Source: a virus (taxonomy: Duplodnaviria; Caudoviricetes). From it: a stretch of 64,000 nucleotides of DNA. A model generated the notes under the pieces. The model saw only the letters and a program-made list of their open reading frames with translations, was not told the origin of the DNA and searched no databases. Positions 30,930-39,843 of this stretch are shown one piece after another; positions within the stretch are counted from its first letter, which is position 1, and every line of letters begins with the position of its first letter. Location of the stretch: the IMG/VR virus record IMGVR_UViG_3300021387_001774, positions 64,001 to 128,000 of that record. One strand, given 5' to 3'. The position numbers and the translations under genes are program-made.

Positions 30930-31811
30930 ATGAAAAACTTATTTACTCGAATCGTAATAGCTATGGGATTAATGCTATTACCTACTTTGGCATATGCTTA
31001 CATGCCTGAAACGGATATCATGATCAAGATTAGTAGATCACAAGTTCCTGATGAAGTATTTATAGAAGATTTTTACAGGGACAACATCCCAGATGAATAC
31101 TGCGAAGCATTTATATATTATACTAAAGATTGCCCTGAAATTCGTATGAATTTCTATAGCATAATGATTGTAGAAAGTGGCAACTTTAGATGGTTTAGAA
31201 ATGTTAACGAGAATGGTTCTGTTGATTTAGGACCTTCTCAGTTGAATTCCAATAACCTGAAAAATAAACAATTCGTAAGAGCATTTCGTCCTAAAGACGA
31301 ATCTATGATTACAAGCAAGTATTGTTACTACATGGTTATGACCATTGGTTACTATAAAGACTTGTATGATAGATTGGGAGACAAGTATGCATTTTATGCA
31401 TACAATGGTGGTGATAAAGCTGCCAGACAAATAAAAAATGGAGAGACTCATAACGAGTCTCTCATAAAGAAAGTAAAGAGTTACGATAGACTTGTAAGAA
31501 AACAAGTTGAAATCAAGACTCAAGAGCTTGAAGAATATGTAAAGCTTAGAAGAGTTCAACATGTAATGTCAGTATATGAAAAATACTATAAAGACATAAT
31601 GTGGAAAACTACTGAGCTTTTAATATCTGAAGTAAGATTTGGACCATCAAGAGAGTGTTTCAATAAACTTCGTTTCGACCGCACTTCTTATTTCTTCAGA
31701 AGAAAGGATTTTTTCCAGTTTGAGTCTGAAGAAGTCGGTGTCGACATTAATCCTGAGGTTAGAACTCTCTACAACAAGCTCATGCAGACCTATATTTCCA
31801 TCGCTATCTAA
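30930..31811 (+). CDS. Secreted lytic transglycosylase (SLT/lysozyme-like)
   Basis: VESG catalytic Glu, NENGSVDLGPSQLNS, AYNGG; signal-peptide-like MKNLFTRIVIAMGLMLLPTLAYA from ATG 30930; TATATTAT at 30868-30875. Confidence 0.85.
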   Translation: MKNLFTRIVIAMGLMLLPTLAYAYMPETDIMIKISRSQVPDEVFIEDFYRDNIPDEYCEAFIYYTKDCPEIRMNFYSIMIVESGNFRWFRNVNENGSVDLGPSQLNSNNLKNKQFVRAFRPKDESMITSKYCYYMVMTIGYYKDLYDRLGDKYAFYAYNGGDKAARQIKNGETHNESLIKKVKSYDRLVRKQVEIKTQELEEYVKLRRVQHVMSVYEKYYKDIMWKTTELLISEVRFGPSRECFNKLRFDRTSYFFRRKDFFQFESEEVGVDINPEVRTLYNKLMQTYISIAI

Positions 31812-32393
31812 TTCACAGATTTCGAAGAATTGGTCTGCACAAATTCCTTCAGAAAGAATATAATCAATGTATTCTTTAATAGATGCTATATTTATAGCAT
31901 CTTCTGAAGGACTTTCTTTTTTTGCTAAGAAGCTTTTAAGAGATAGTTCTTTATAATTAGGAATATCTTCTTCAAAACTTTGATCTAATTTTTGCAATCC
32001 GTTCAAATAGATTGTAAAATACATAATAAAATTTATTACAAAAATATCATACAGATAATAATACAGACACAAACTACCTTCAGATAATGATAAACCAAAC
32101 CCTTTTTCAAAGAATTCACCCATCTTCATTTGGAAGACTCGCAACGCATCTTTATCATAATCTGTAAATGATGGGTCTATTAATATAGACCTGTCATATA
32201 TATTGTTTATTGAATCTTGATTGAAGAAGTTAATCATTGCTTCTTTAAAATAATCTTCTTCTATTGCTTTCTTATTTATAGTACTTATTTGATAATCTAT
32301 GTGATCCAAATATTCTCTAAGTATCTGATTTGATTCATCAGTAATTTGTTCTTCTGATGAACTAGTTTCTTCACTATCAATAGTTTCAACCAT
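31647..32393 (-). CDS. Hypothetical acidic protein (late operon)
   Basis: GGAGG RBS; start codon overlaps the stop of 32393-33232. Confidence 0.7.
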   Translation of the reverse strand: MVETIDSEETSSSEEQITDESNQILREYLDHIDYQISTINKKAIEEDYFKEAMINFFNQDSINNIYDRSILIDPSFTDYDKDALRVFQMKMGEFFEKGFGLSLSEGSLCLYYYLYDIFVINFIMYFTIYLNGLQKLDQSFEEDIPNYKELSLKSFLAKKESPSEDAINIASIKEYIDYILSEGICADQFFEICELDSDGNIGLHELVVESSNLRINVDTDFFRLKLEKILSSEEIRSAVETKFIETLS

Positions 32394-33232
32394 TATTTTT
32401 TACCTCCAAAGGAAAATAGTTTATGTTTAAAAGGATTTTTCGGTTTGTGATGAAAGTTAACTTTCATACTTTCTTTAAATGTTTCGGCATTCTTAGCATT
32501 TCTCTTTTCAATAAGTTTCATACGTTTATTTTCTTTAGTTTGGAAAGAAGTTTCGTTATGATAATCTTTACTTTTATTCTGATTAGCTTTCTGTTTGAGC
32601 TTCTCTTCTCTCATTAAATCTTTTAGCATTTTTATTTCTTTTAACTTAGCAGGTTGTGAATCGACTTTCTTAGCATAGAAATCTTCACTTTTATCACTAA
32701 GAATCTTATTTAACATTTGTTTATTAAGAAATCCATTATGAACCAAATGAAAGAAACACATCCAAGTACTTTTTTCAATAGTCATAAGTTGATACGTATT
32801 TCTTATATCTGGAGCTTTTGTTATAGCAACTTTACTTAAATGATTAAATCCTATACAATGTGGGAATCCAAATTCTCGTTTTACTACATAATCAAAAGTA
32901 AATGTAAAACTAGGTGAATTAGAAAACATCAAGATATCATAATCTTTTATTTCTGTCAACTGTTCTTTATTCTTCTTATGTTCGTCAGTAGGATTAAATT
33001 CCAACACTACATCATACATAATTGCTGTAGGATATTTTTCATTTTCTCCTGATGGAAATTTAAAAAAGAACGTATATCTATCATATTTCTTATTATATAC
33101 ACAAGTTACTAATATATCTTTAGCATATTTTTCAAAGTATGCAGCTTTAAATTCTTCCATTTTTGGTCTAAGATTTATAGCTGCTTGTCCTTTAAAAGGA
33201 GCCATAAAATTATCATATTTAAGTTTTCTCAT
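32393..33232 (-). CDS. Hypothetical protein (late operon)
   Basis: Late promoter TACA-N6-TA at 33256-33267; GAAGGA RBS. Confidence 0.75.
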   Translation of the reverse strand: MRKLKYDNFMAPFKGQAAINLRPKMEEFKAAYFEKYAKDILVTCVYNKKYDRYTFFFKFPSGENEKYPTAIMYDVVLEFNPTDEHKKNKEQLTEIKDYDILMFSNSPSFTFTFDYVVKREFGFPHCIGFNHLSKVAITKAPDIRNTYQLMTIEKSTWMCFFHLVHNGFLNKQMLNKILSDKSEDFYAKKVDSQPAKLKEIKMLKDLMREEKLKQKANQNKSKDYHNETSFQTKENKRMKLIEKRNAKNAETFKESMKVNFHHKPKNPFKHKLFSFGGKK

Positions 33233-33310
33233 AAAGAATCCTTCAAAAATAAATATATTAAATTGTATTTTTGTTATTATATAAATATATAACTATATAA
33301 AACATGGAGT

Positions 33311-33811
33311 TTGAAAATGATTTTTTCAATGGCGAACAAAAGTACTAAACCTTTATTGAATTTTCACAAATACGATGAAGTAATAAATGAAAAAAGAGAG
33401 AATTACACAAATAAAATTCTTGATGCAATATGTGATTCTCAATTTATGGGTAGAAAATTAAATTTTCTTTCTTATATGCTAAACGATCTTTCTTTATTAT
33501 GTGCTAAAAATGAATTTACAATAAAATTACCACACACTAAAACTAAAGAAAAATTTTACAATGTTCCTTGTGTAGCTCTCAGTTACACAAAATTAATTGT
33601 AAAACAGATGAAAAATGAGCAAACGCCTGTAGCCTATTTTACTATTAAAGATACAATACAAGTAGATATAGGAAAACAAGAGCTATACAAAGTTCTAAAA
33701 CATGAAAAGATAAATAATATAAAACTTAGACTTGGTAAAACTGATGCATTTATATATTTAACAAGGTCTGACGATAAATTGATCTTTGATAAAATAGTTC
33801 TTGTTGCTTAA
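33311..33811 (+). CDS. Hypothetical protein
   Basis: GGAG RBS (start probably ATG 33317); terminator at 33818-33843. Confidence 0.7.
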   Translation: MKMIFSMANKSTKPLLNFHKYDEVINEKRENYTNKILDAICDSQFMGRKLNFLSYMLNDLSLLCAKNEFTIKLPHTKTKEKFYNVPCVALSYTKLIVKQMKNEQTPVAYFTIKDTIQVDIGKQELYKVLKHEKINNIKLRLGKTDAFIYLTRSDDKLIFDKIVLVA

Positions 33812-33871
33812 TATAAATAACTAGGGAATTTATCCCTAGTTATTATATTTTCTTATCAAAAACACAATAAT

Positions 33872-36058
33872 ATGATACATTATAATACTAAAAATATATC
33901 TTTCTTAAGAATGCATTATATATTGAAAGAAATGGGTATTACAAATAATGTATTCTTTTTACAATTATTTGATGAAACATTAGTAGATGTTGATCCTTTT
34001 GATGAAGAGCATTTAACTGATGAACAAAAAATCAGAATTCATATAGAAATAAGTAAAAATCCTTGGTATTATTTCAGAGAAATAGTTAGAATTCCTGCAA
34101 CAGATATACCGGCTAGATTTGAATTAACTAGAGCTACATTAGCTATAACATGGTCGTTACTTAATGATTTACATTCGTATATTGTTATTCCTCGTCAGTG
34201 TTATAAATCGTATACTGTAGCAATTTTTTATAGCTGGTTGATATATTGGGGATCTAAAAACTTTTCTTCAGTGTTTTTTGGTAATAATGATACCCTTGTT
34301 ACTCAAAACTTAGCTCGTGTAAAAGATATACGTGAAACATTACCAAAGTATTTAAATCTAAAAACTAATAGTGATACAGATAATACTAGAACCTTAATTT
34401 ATAAGACAGAAAATTTTAAAAATACAATTGTAATTAGAGCTCCTGGTATAAATGAAGAAGCGGCAAATAACGTTGGTCGTGGTGCTTCAACTATGGGACA
34501 ATGGTATGATGAGTTTGCATTTATTCCTTTTGTATGGGTTCAATATGGTGCAGCTATTCCTGCTTATTCTACAGTATCAAAAATGGCAGAACGAAATGGT
34601 TCTCACCACCATATTATAATTACAACAACTGCTGGTAGTAAAAATACAAAGAGTGGTGCTTGGGCATACAAATTTTTTGAAGACTGTGCACCATTTACTG
34701 AGCTATTATATGATAAAGTGATTTATGATAAAGATGGATTCCCAGTAGCTACTAATAAAGACGAAATCAAAGAATATATTCAAAACAATAACAATGGACA
34801 ATACTTCTTACGTATAGAATTCCAATGGTATGAACTCAATAAACCTATGGACTATCTCGAAGAAATGAGACGTCAATGTGGTGGTATGGATGAGTTCAAT
34901 CGTGGTATTCTTAATATGTGGATGGATTCTAATGCTGATCACCCATTAGGACAAGAAAGAGTAGAAGAGTTAACTAAAACAGGTATCGATCCAGTTAGAA
35001 TAATGATGATCGATAGAATTTATGTAGCAAAATTCTATAGGGATCCAGACGTTTTAAAGAACCAATCGCATCACATAGTATTTGGTATGGACTGTTCAGG
35101 AAATACAAGACGAGACTATTCTACACTAGTAGGATTGGATGTAACTAATTCAGAAGTAGTATTTACAATGAGATGTAATCAATATTCTGTAGTTAGATTC
35201 GCTAGAGCTGTAGCATATATTCTTCTATATTTATTCCCAAAAGCTACATTAGTTCCAGAAAGAAACTATGTAGGTTTACCTGCTGTAGAAATTATAGCAG
35301 AAAATATGGGAACTAGTAGAATTTATAAAGATGAAAAAGATGAAAAGCTTGGTGTTTCTTTGGTACATAATCTTCGTAAAATTATGTATGGGGATGTATT
35401 ACGTGTTTCTGTATATGAGCATGGACCAAAGATCCACGATAAAACAATCATAAATGAAATAGCTGGCTTGATAACTGATAAGAATGGACGTATTGACCAT
35501 AAACAACGTGGTGGACACGATGACCTTCTTATTGCTTATCTATATACTAGATGGTTCATTATGTATTGTAAAACAAAAAATAGATATATCGATGCAATAT
35601 TCTTTAACTCTAGATTAGATGAAGATCTGAGTGAAGATGAGCTTATCGATTTAGCTAAATATTCTTCTGATGCAGAATTAATGAATTCAGTATTAGGAGA
35701 TGGAGGTTATATGCAAAGATTAGCAAAACGTATGGAACAAAGAGCAGAAAATAATGATCATATTACTATGCAAATTAAGAAAGCTATAGATATGAGAAAC
35801 AATGATTATAAAGAAATGGGATTCTTTGGATCTGCTGATGATTATATAAATAATTATCGAGATACTAATAAGATTAAAGAAACTGAAACAGCTATCGATT
35901 ATATCGCTAAAGAACATATGGCTGATGCACATGAATATTCGGAAGATCTTGATAAAGATGATCCAGAAAAGATTGCAAAAGAAACTGAAGAAAAAAGAGA
36001 CGATAGTATGGATTTCAAATCTGTGTTTGCTGACTCTTTTGGTTGGTTTGGTAGATAA
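33872..36058 (+). CDS. terL: Terminase large subunit
   Basis: NPWYYFRE, PRQCYKS (Walker A variant), WYDEFAF (Walker B), TTTAG, nuclease motifs GMDCSG and GHDDLLIA. Confidence 0.9.
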   Translation: MIHYNTKNISFLRMHYILKEMGITNNVFFLQLFDETLVDVDPFDEEHLTDEQKIRIHIEISKNPWYYFREIVRIPATDIPARFELTRATLAITWSLLNDLHSYIVIPRQCYKSYTVAIFYSWLIYWGSKNFSSVFFGNNDTLVTQNLARVKDIRETLPKYLNLKTNSDTDNTRTLIYKTENFKNTIVIRAPGINEEAANNVGRGASTMGQWYDEFAFIPFVWVQYGAAIPAYSTVSKMAERNGSHHHIIITTTAGSKNTKSGAWAYKFFEDCAPFTELLYDKVIYDKDGFPVATNKDEIKEYIQNNNNGQYFLRIEFQWYELNKPMDYLEEMRRQCGGMDEFNRGILNMWMDSNADHPLGQERVEELTKTGIDPVRIMMIDRIYVAKFYRDPDVLKNQSHHIVFGMDCSGNTRRDYSTLVGLDVTNSEVVFTMRCNQYSVVRFARAVAYILLYLFPKATLVPERNYVGLPAVEIIAENMGTSRIYKDEKDEKLGVSLVHNLRKIMYGDVLRVSVYEHGPKIHDKTIINEIAGLITDKNGRIDHKQRGGHDDLLIAYLYTRWFIMYCKTKNRYIDAIFFNSRLDEDLSEDELIDLAKYSSDAELMNSVLGDGGYMQRLAKRMEQRAENNDHITMQIKKAIDMRNNDYKEMGFFGSADDYINNYRDTNKIKETETAIDYIAKEHMADAHEYSEDLDKDDPEKIAKETEEKRDDSMDFKSVFADSFGWFGR

Positions 36059-36066
36059 AAAAAATA

Positions 36067-36091
36067 ATGTGTGGTCAGTAGACCACACATG
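36067..36091. terminator. Bidirectional terminator
   Basis: Stem atgtgtggtc/gaccacacat. Confidence 0.75.
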
Positions 36092-36104
36092 TATTTATTT
36101 TGCG

Positions 36105-36467
36105 TCAATTACTTACTGTAAATTCAACATCAATTGCATCCTTTTTCAATTCATGCAATTTTCCATCAAATATACGTTCTTTGTTTCTCATTATTCTACT
36201 TTCTTTTTCTTTCTTTTCTTCTTCCTGTATTTCATCAATGTTAAGTATTTCTCTTAACGTATGAGCTACAGGTTTGATTACATATTTCCAACTCATATAA
36301 CATAATGCTCCTAAGGATAAAATACCTAGAACCGTTTTTGTTGTACTTTGGTGTTTACGTTCTTCATTTTCTACTTCACAATATGTAGTAGTATATCCTT
36401 TTGATTTGGATTCATTTTGCATTCTTGAAAAGATATCTTTATTAACATTGAATTCTCCAAAATTCAT
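36105..36467 (-). CDS. Hypothetical single-TM protein
   Basis: Hydrophobic segment VLGILSLGALCYMSW. Confidence 0.65.
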   Translation of the reverse strand: MNFGEFNVNKDIFSRMQNESKSKGYTTTYCEVENEERKHQSTTKTVLGILSLGALCYMSWKYVIKPVAHTLREILNIDEIQEEEKKEKESRIMRNKERIFDGKLHELKKDAIDVEFTVSN

Positions 36468-36491
36468 CGACGATTAGTATGACAAAATAAA

Positions 36492-36689
36492 TTAAAGTAT
36501 CTCATTTTCTTCGTATATACGTTTGAATGAGAAATGTCTTCCAGAAGTTGGTACTTTACAACTATTGGAAGAACTAATTAGTACAATTTGGTCACCTGTT
36601 GATTCTTTTTCAGAATCATCTTGATAACCAAATAATTGCATAATTAGTTGAATTAATTTATAGATTATCATACTTGTACCTCCATACAT
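36492..36689 (-). CDS. Small hypothetical protein
   Basis: TATATTAT at 36724-36731 (-); GGAGG precedes the second Met. Confidence 0.5.
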   Translation of the reverse strand: MYGGTSMIIYKLIQLIMQLFGYQDDSEKESTGDQIVLISSSNSCKVPTSGRHFSFKRIYEENEIL

Positions 36690-36745
36690 AAAGTTTAGTA
36701 ACTTTTTACTTAGTTACACGTTTATAATATATAATTCACAATTTT

Positions 36746-38659
36746 TTAATCGTCGATATGTATTGGTATAATCCCATTTTGAATAAACGTATTTTTAATA
36801 GCTTCGAATCTGTTATGTAAATTAGCTTCATCAAGTGAAGAACTATCATCGTTAATCGTCGAGAATACCTTTTCATCAAATTGAGAAATATCTCTATCAC
36901 CAAAACTATTTTTAGTCAGTTTATTAAATTCCCAGATACCACCAAAACCACCACCAGGATTATGTTTCATAGTCATAGTATCAATTAAAGTGCGGATATA
37001 TGTATATTTTAAATCAAAAGAACTAACACTGTTATAAGAAGTCATATCATTAATGTACAATTTTTCCAATATAGCTAATGATCGGAATATATAATTGACA
37101 GTTTCTTTAGTAATTGATGAATAAATACCATCTACATTAATCTTAAGATTATTTGATTTGTTTTTCTCTGTAATAAGTTTTGAATTAGAATTTATAATAA
37201 GTAAAACATATAATTCAATTAATGCTGTAATCCATGTGGAACGAATAACTTTACAATACATAAAATATGCATACTCTCCACTAGACATCTTAGAAGAATA
37301 AATTTTTTCTAACCTAGTAGTAATTTCATCAGAAATAATATTATTCATAAAATCTCTAATGTTATAATCACTTATTTTAGCAGCTTCTTCTTTAAGATCT
37401 TGTTTAGAATAACTTCTATAGAAGTCTCTACAATACTCTCCAAAGTAAATACCACGTTCTTCTTTTCCATCTTTAAATACAATAGTATTAGCAGAATATA
37501 AGACTGATGATGTAAATGATTTAGTAAAAGCTCTACAAAGTAATGCTGTACCTATATATTCGATAGGTGTTTCATCTGCTGTCAAATTAAAGAATGCAGC
37601 TTGCAATGATTCCAAGAACATATTGTAGTAAGTCATTTGTTTTCTTGTAGGATTGTTTCTTTCACCTGGATTATTCTTGAAAATTACTGAAGTAATATTT
37701 TCTGGCATAGAAATACCAAAATGTCTAAGCTTACTACAGATATTTTTCATTTCATCACCATTAAGTACTTTGGTATATCCAGTATCAATACTCTTTAAGA
37801 AACAAGACCAGTTACTCTGAATATTTTCATAGTTGTCAAACAATTCAAGAATAATCTTTCTAGTAAATTTCTCAGAGAAATCTTTAAATGTATCCAAACC
37901 ATTCTTAATATACTCTTCTTTGTTTTGCTCACATTGAGAAAGATATTCTGGTAGACCACCTGGATCAAAATTCCTAGCTAAGAAACAAACAAGTCTATTG
38001 ATATCAATATAAACTTCTTGTTTAACTTCAACTAATGAATCTGAAATAGCGTTTTCTACAGACTTTAAGAATGGACAAACTACAAATGCTATTCCAGTAT
38101 TATAGTAATTGTAGAAAGTTCTAAGTTTATCTTTAATCATTGGAAATTCATTATGTGAACAAGCAACTGAAATAGAAATATCATGATCAGCATATGTTGC
38201 ATAGTATTCGTTATCTAATTCAGCTTTCAATTCCATAACCTTTTTAATGTAATCATCTGCATTATAAACAAGATTAGGATCTGAACGTTTTGAATAAGCC
38301 AAGAAAAGTTCGATAAAATAACTAAAACTATTACCGCTACAGTTCTCGTTTATTCCACATCTTAATGAACTCATGACTTTTTCATAATCTTTAATATTAG
38401 CAGACTTATAATCAACCCATTTATGATAAAGATCATAAGTTAAACCCAATGCATATTCAAAAATACGATATACATTTGAGTTAATAATTGAATACATATT
38501 ATAAAGTTTCTTATAATAAGAATCAACGCTTATTCCGAAACCATTTGCAGGATCTCTTAAGGGATCCTTAACACTAAGTATACCACTTGTGTCATATGAT
38601 ACTACGGAATCATCACCATAAGATAATGAAGGCATAACTTCATTCCCCCTGTTTATCAT
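36746..38659 (-). CDS. Hypothetical late/virion protein
   Basis: 637-aa ORF under late promoter 38809-38820; true start may be ATG 38635 (GGGGGA RBS). Confidence 0.7.
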   Translation of the reverse strand: MINRGNEVMPSLSYGDDSVVSYDTSGILSVKDPLRDPANGFGISVDSYYKKLYNMYSIINSNVYRIFEYALGLTYDLYHKWVDYKSANIKDYEKVMSSLRCGINENCSGNSFSYFIELFLAYSKRSDPNLVYNADDYIKKVMELKAELDNEYYATYADHDISISVACSHNEFPMIKDKLRTFYNYYNTGIAFVVCPFLKSVENAISDSLVEVKQEVYIDINRLVCFLARNFDPGGLPEYLSQCEQNKEEYIKNGLDTFKDFSEKFTRKIILELFDNYENIQSNWSCFLKSIDTGYTKVLNGDEMKNICSKLRHFGISMPENITSVIFKNNPGERNNPTRKQMTYYNMFLESLQAAFFNLTADETPIEYIGTALLCRAFTKSFTSSVLYSANTIVFKDGKEERGIYFGEYCRDFYRSYSKQDLKEEAAKISDYNIRDFMNNIISDEITTRLEKIYSSKMSSGEYAYFMYCKVIRSTWITALIELYVLLIINSNSKLITEKNKSNNLKINVDGIYSSITKETVNYIFRSLAILEKLYINDMTSYNSVSSFDLKYTYIRTLIDTMTMKHNPGGGFGGIWEFNKLTKNSFGDRDISQFDEKVFSTINDDSSSLDEANLHNRFEAIKNTFIQNGIIPIHIDD

Positions 38660-38786
38660 TTTTCTCAGAGTCTTTTATGGTTTCTTTTTTAATGAATGTA
38701 ACTTGATATCCAGTTTTAGCATCATTAATTTGACTTTCAAACTTGTTTTTCACGGTATATTCATTAGGTTTTTTATCATTTTCCAT
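38640..38786 (-). CDS. Unannotated 48-aa ORF (MENDKKPNEY...KQGE)
   Basis: AGGAG RBS, first ORF after the late promoter, overlaps the start region of the next gene; below the ORF-track size cutoff. Confidence 0.55.
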   Translation of the reverse strand: MENDKKPNEYTVKNKFESQINDAKTGYQVTFIKKETIKDSEKNDKQGE

Positions 38787-38880
38787 ATAAAACTCCTATT
38801 TACCTATATATTTATATGTCGATCCTCATATTATTTAAAAACGTCTATGATTATATAATATATTAATGGAGGTTTAATAT

Positions 38881-39789
38881 ATGAATCTTAGAAATATTAA
38901 ATTGGATGAAGGTGCTCTTAAATTTGAGAAACTTCGATTGGAAACATTTAAAAATATTCAAAAGTATGGTGAACTAACTATAAAAACATTGCGAGAAGCC
39001 AAGTTTAAACTATTCTTAGTGAATCTAAGTATAATAATTTTTGTAGTTTGTTTCATCAGTATTCTTACTTTATTATTTTATACTTTGTTGGGAAATGATG
39101 TAAATCTTACACAAAGATTATTTACTATGGGTGTTGTTTCTATAATGGTGTTGATACCATTGGAAATATGGATTCATAGGAATATCTACACTGTAGAAAA
39201 AGATCATGATCCAAAAGATGAAACAGGTGATTCAATAGATGAAATAAAAACTATATTGAAAAAGGTAAACGATAATTCATTGATTGGTCGCTTTCTCAAG
39301 TTTACAATTAAAATATTGGAAAAATTGAGATTGAATCTTCGGCGTCACGATTTGGTAGCAAATATCACTACAGGTATTTATACTATGTGTGTTTCAACTT
39401 TGTTTAAAATAGAGAAATATCCTGAAGGTCCTTATAGTACTCTTGAAAACTATATAGAGAATAATGCTCCTGAAGAATTCGTTAAACTCTATTATGAATC
39501 AAAAGAAGAATTATCACATATTGTAGAAAATATCAGAAATAACGATTATAGTTCTTTACCAAAAGAAGATGCTGATAAAATTGATAGATTAGGTAAAATC
39601 GTTACTACAGATATTATCCTATTAAAAATGATTCAACTCTTCTGTCATGAAGGATGTATTACTATTGATGAATGTGATAAGATTATTGAAGTTAAAGGAG
39701 ATGAGCATAAGGATGCTTATGAATTCTTCTTCACTTCTCCTTTAAATCCAAATCAAGAATTCAGTTTCCCAACAATGAATTTCGATTAA
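38881..39789 (+). CDS. Hypothetical membrane protein (2 N-terminal TM helices)
   Basis: Two hydrophobic stretches; GGAGG RBS; early-like promoter variant near 38852. Confidence 0.75.
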   Translation: MNLRNIKLDEGALKFEKLRLETFKNIQKYGELTIKTLREAKFKLFLVNLSIIIFVVCFISILTLLFYTLLGNDVNLTQRLFTMGVVSIMVLIPLEIWIHRNIYTVEKDHDPKDETGDSIDEIKTILKKVNDNSLIGRFLKFTIKILEKLRLNLRRHDLVANITTGIYTMCVSTLFKIEKYPEGPYSTLENYIENNAPEEFVKLYYESKEELSHIVENIRNNDYSSLPKEDADKIDRLGKIVTTDIILLKMIQLFCHEGCITIDECDKIIEVKGDEHKDAYEFFFTSPLNPNQEFSFPTMNFD

Positions 39790-39792
39790 AAT

Positions 39793-39830
39793 ATAAGCTG
39801 GTGGGAAAACCCACCAGCTTATTTTTTTTT
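39793..39830. terminator. Bidirectional terminator
   Basis: Stem ataagctggtggg/cccaccagcttat. Confidence 0.8.
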
Positions 39831-39843
39831 AGTTAAGTATCAA

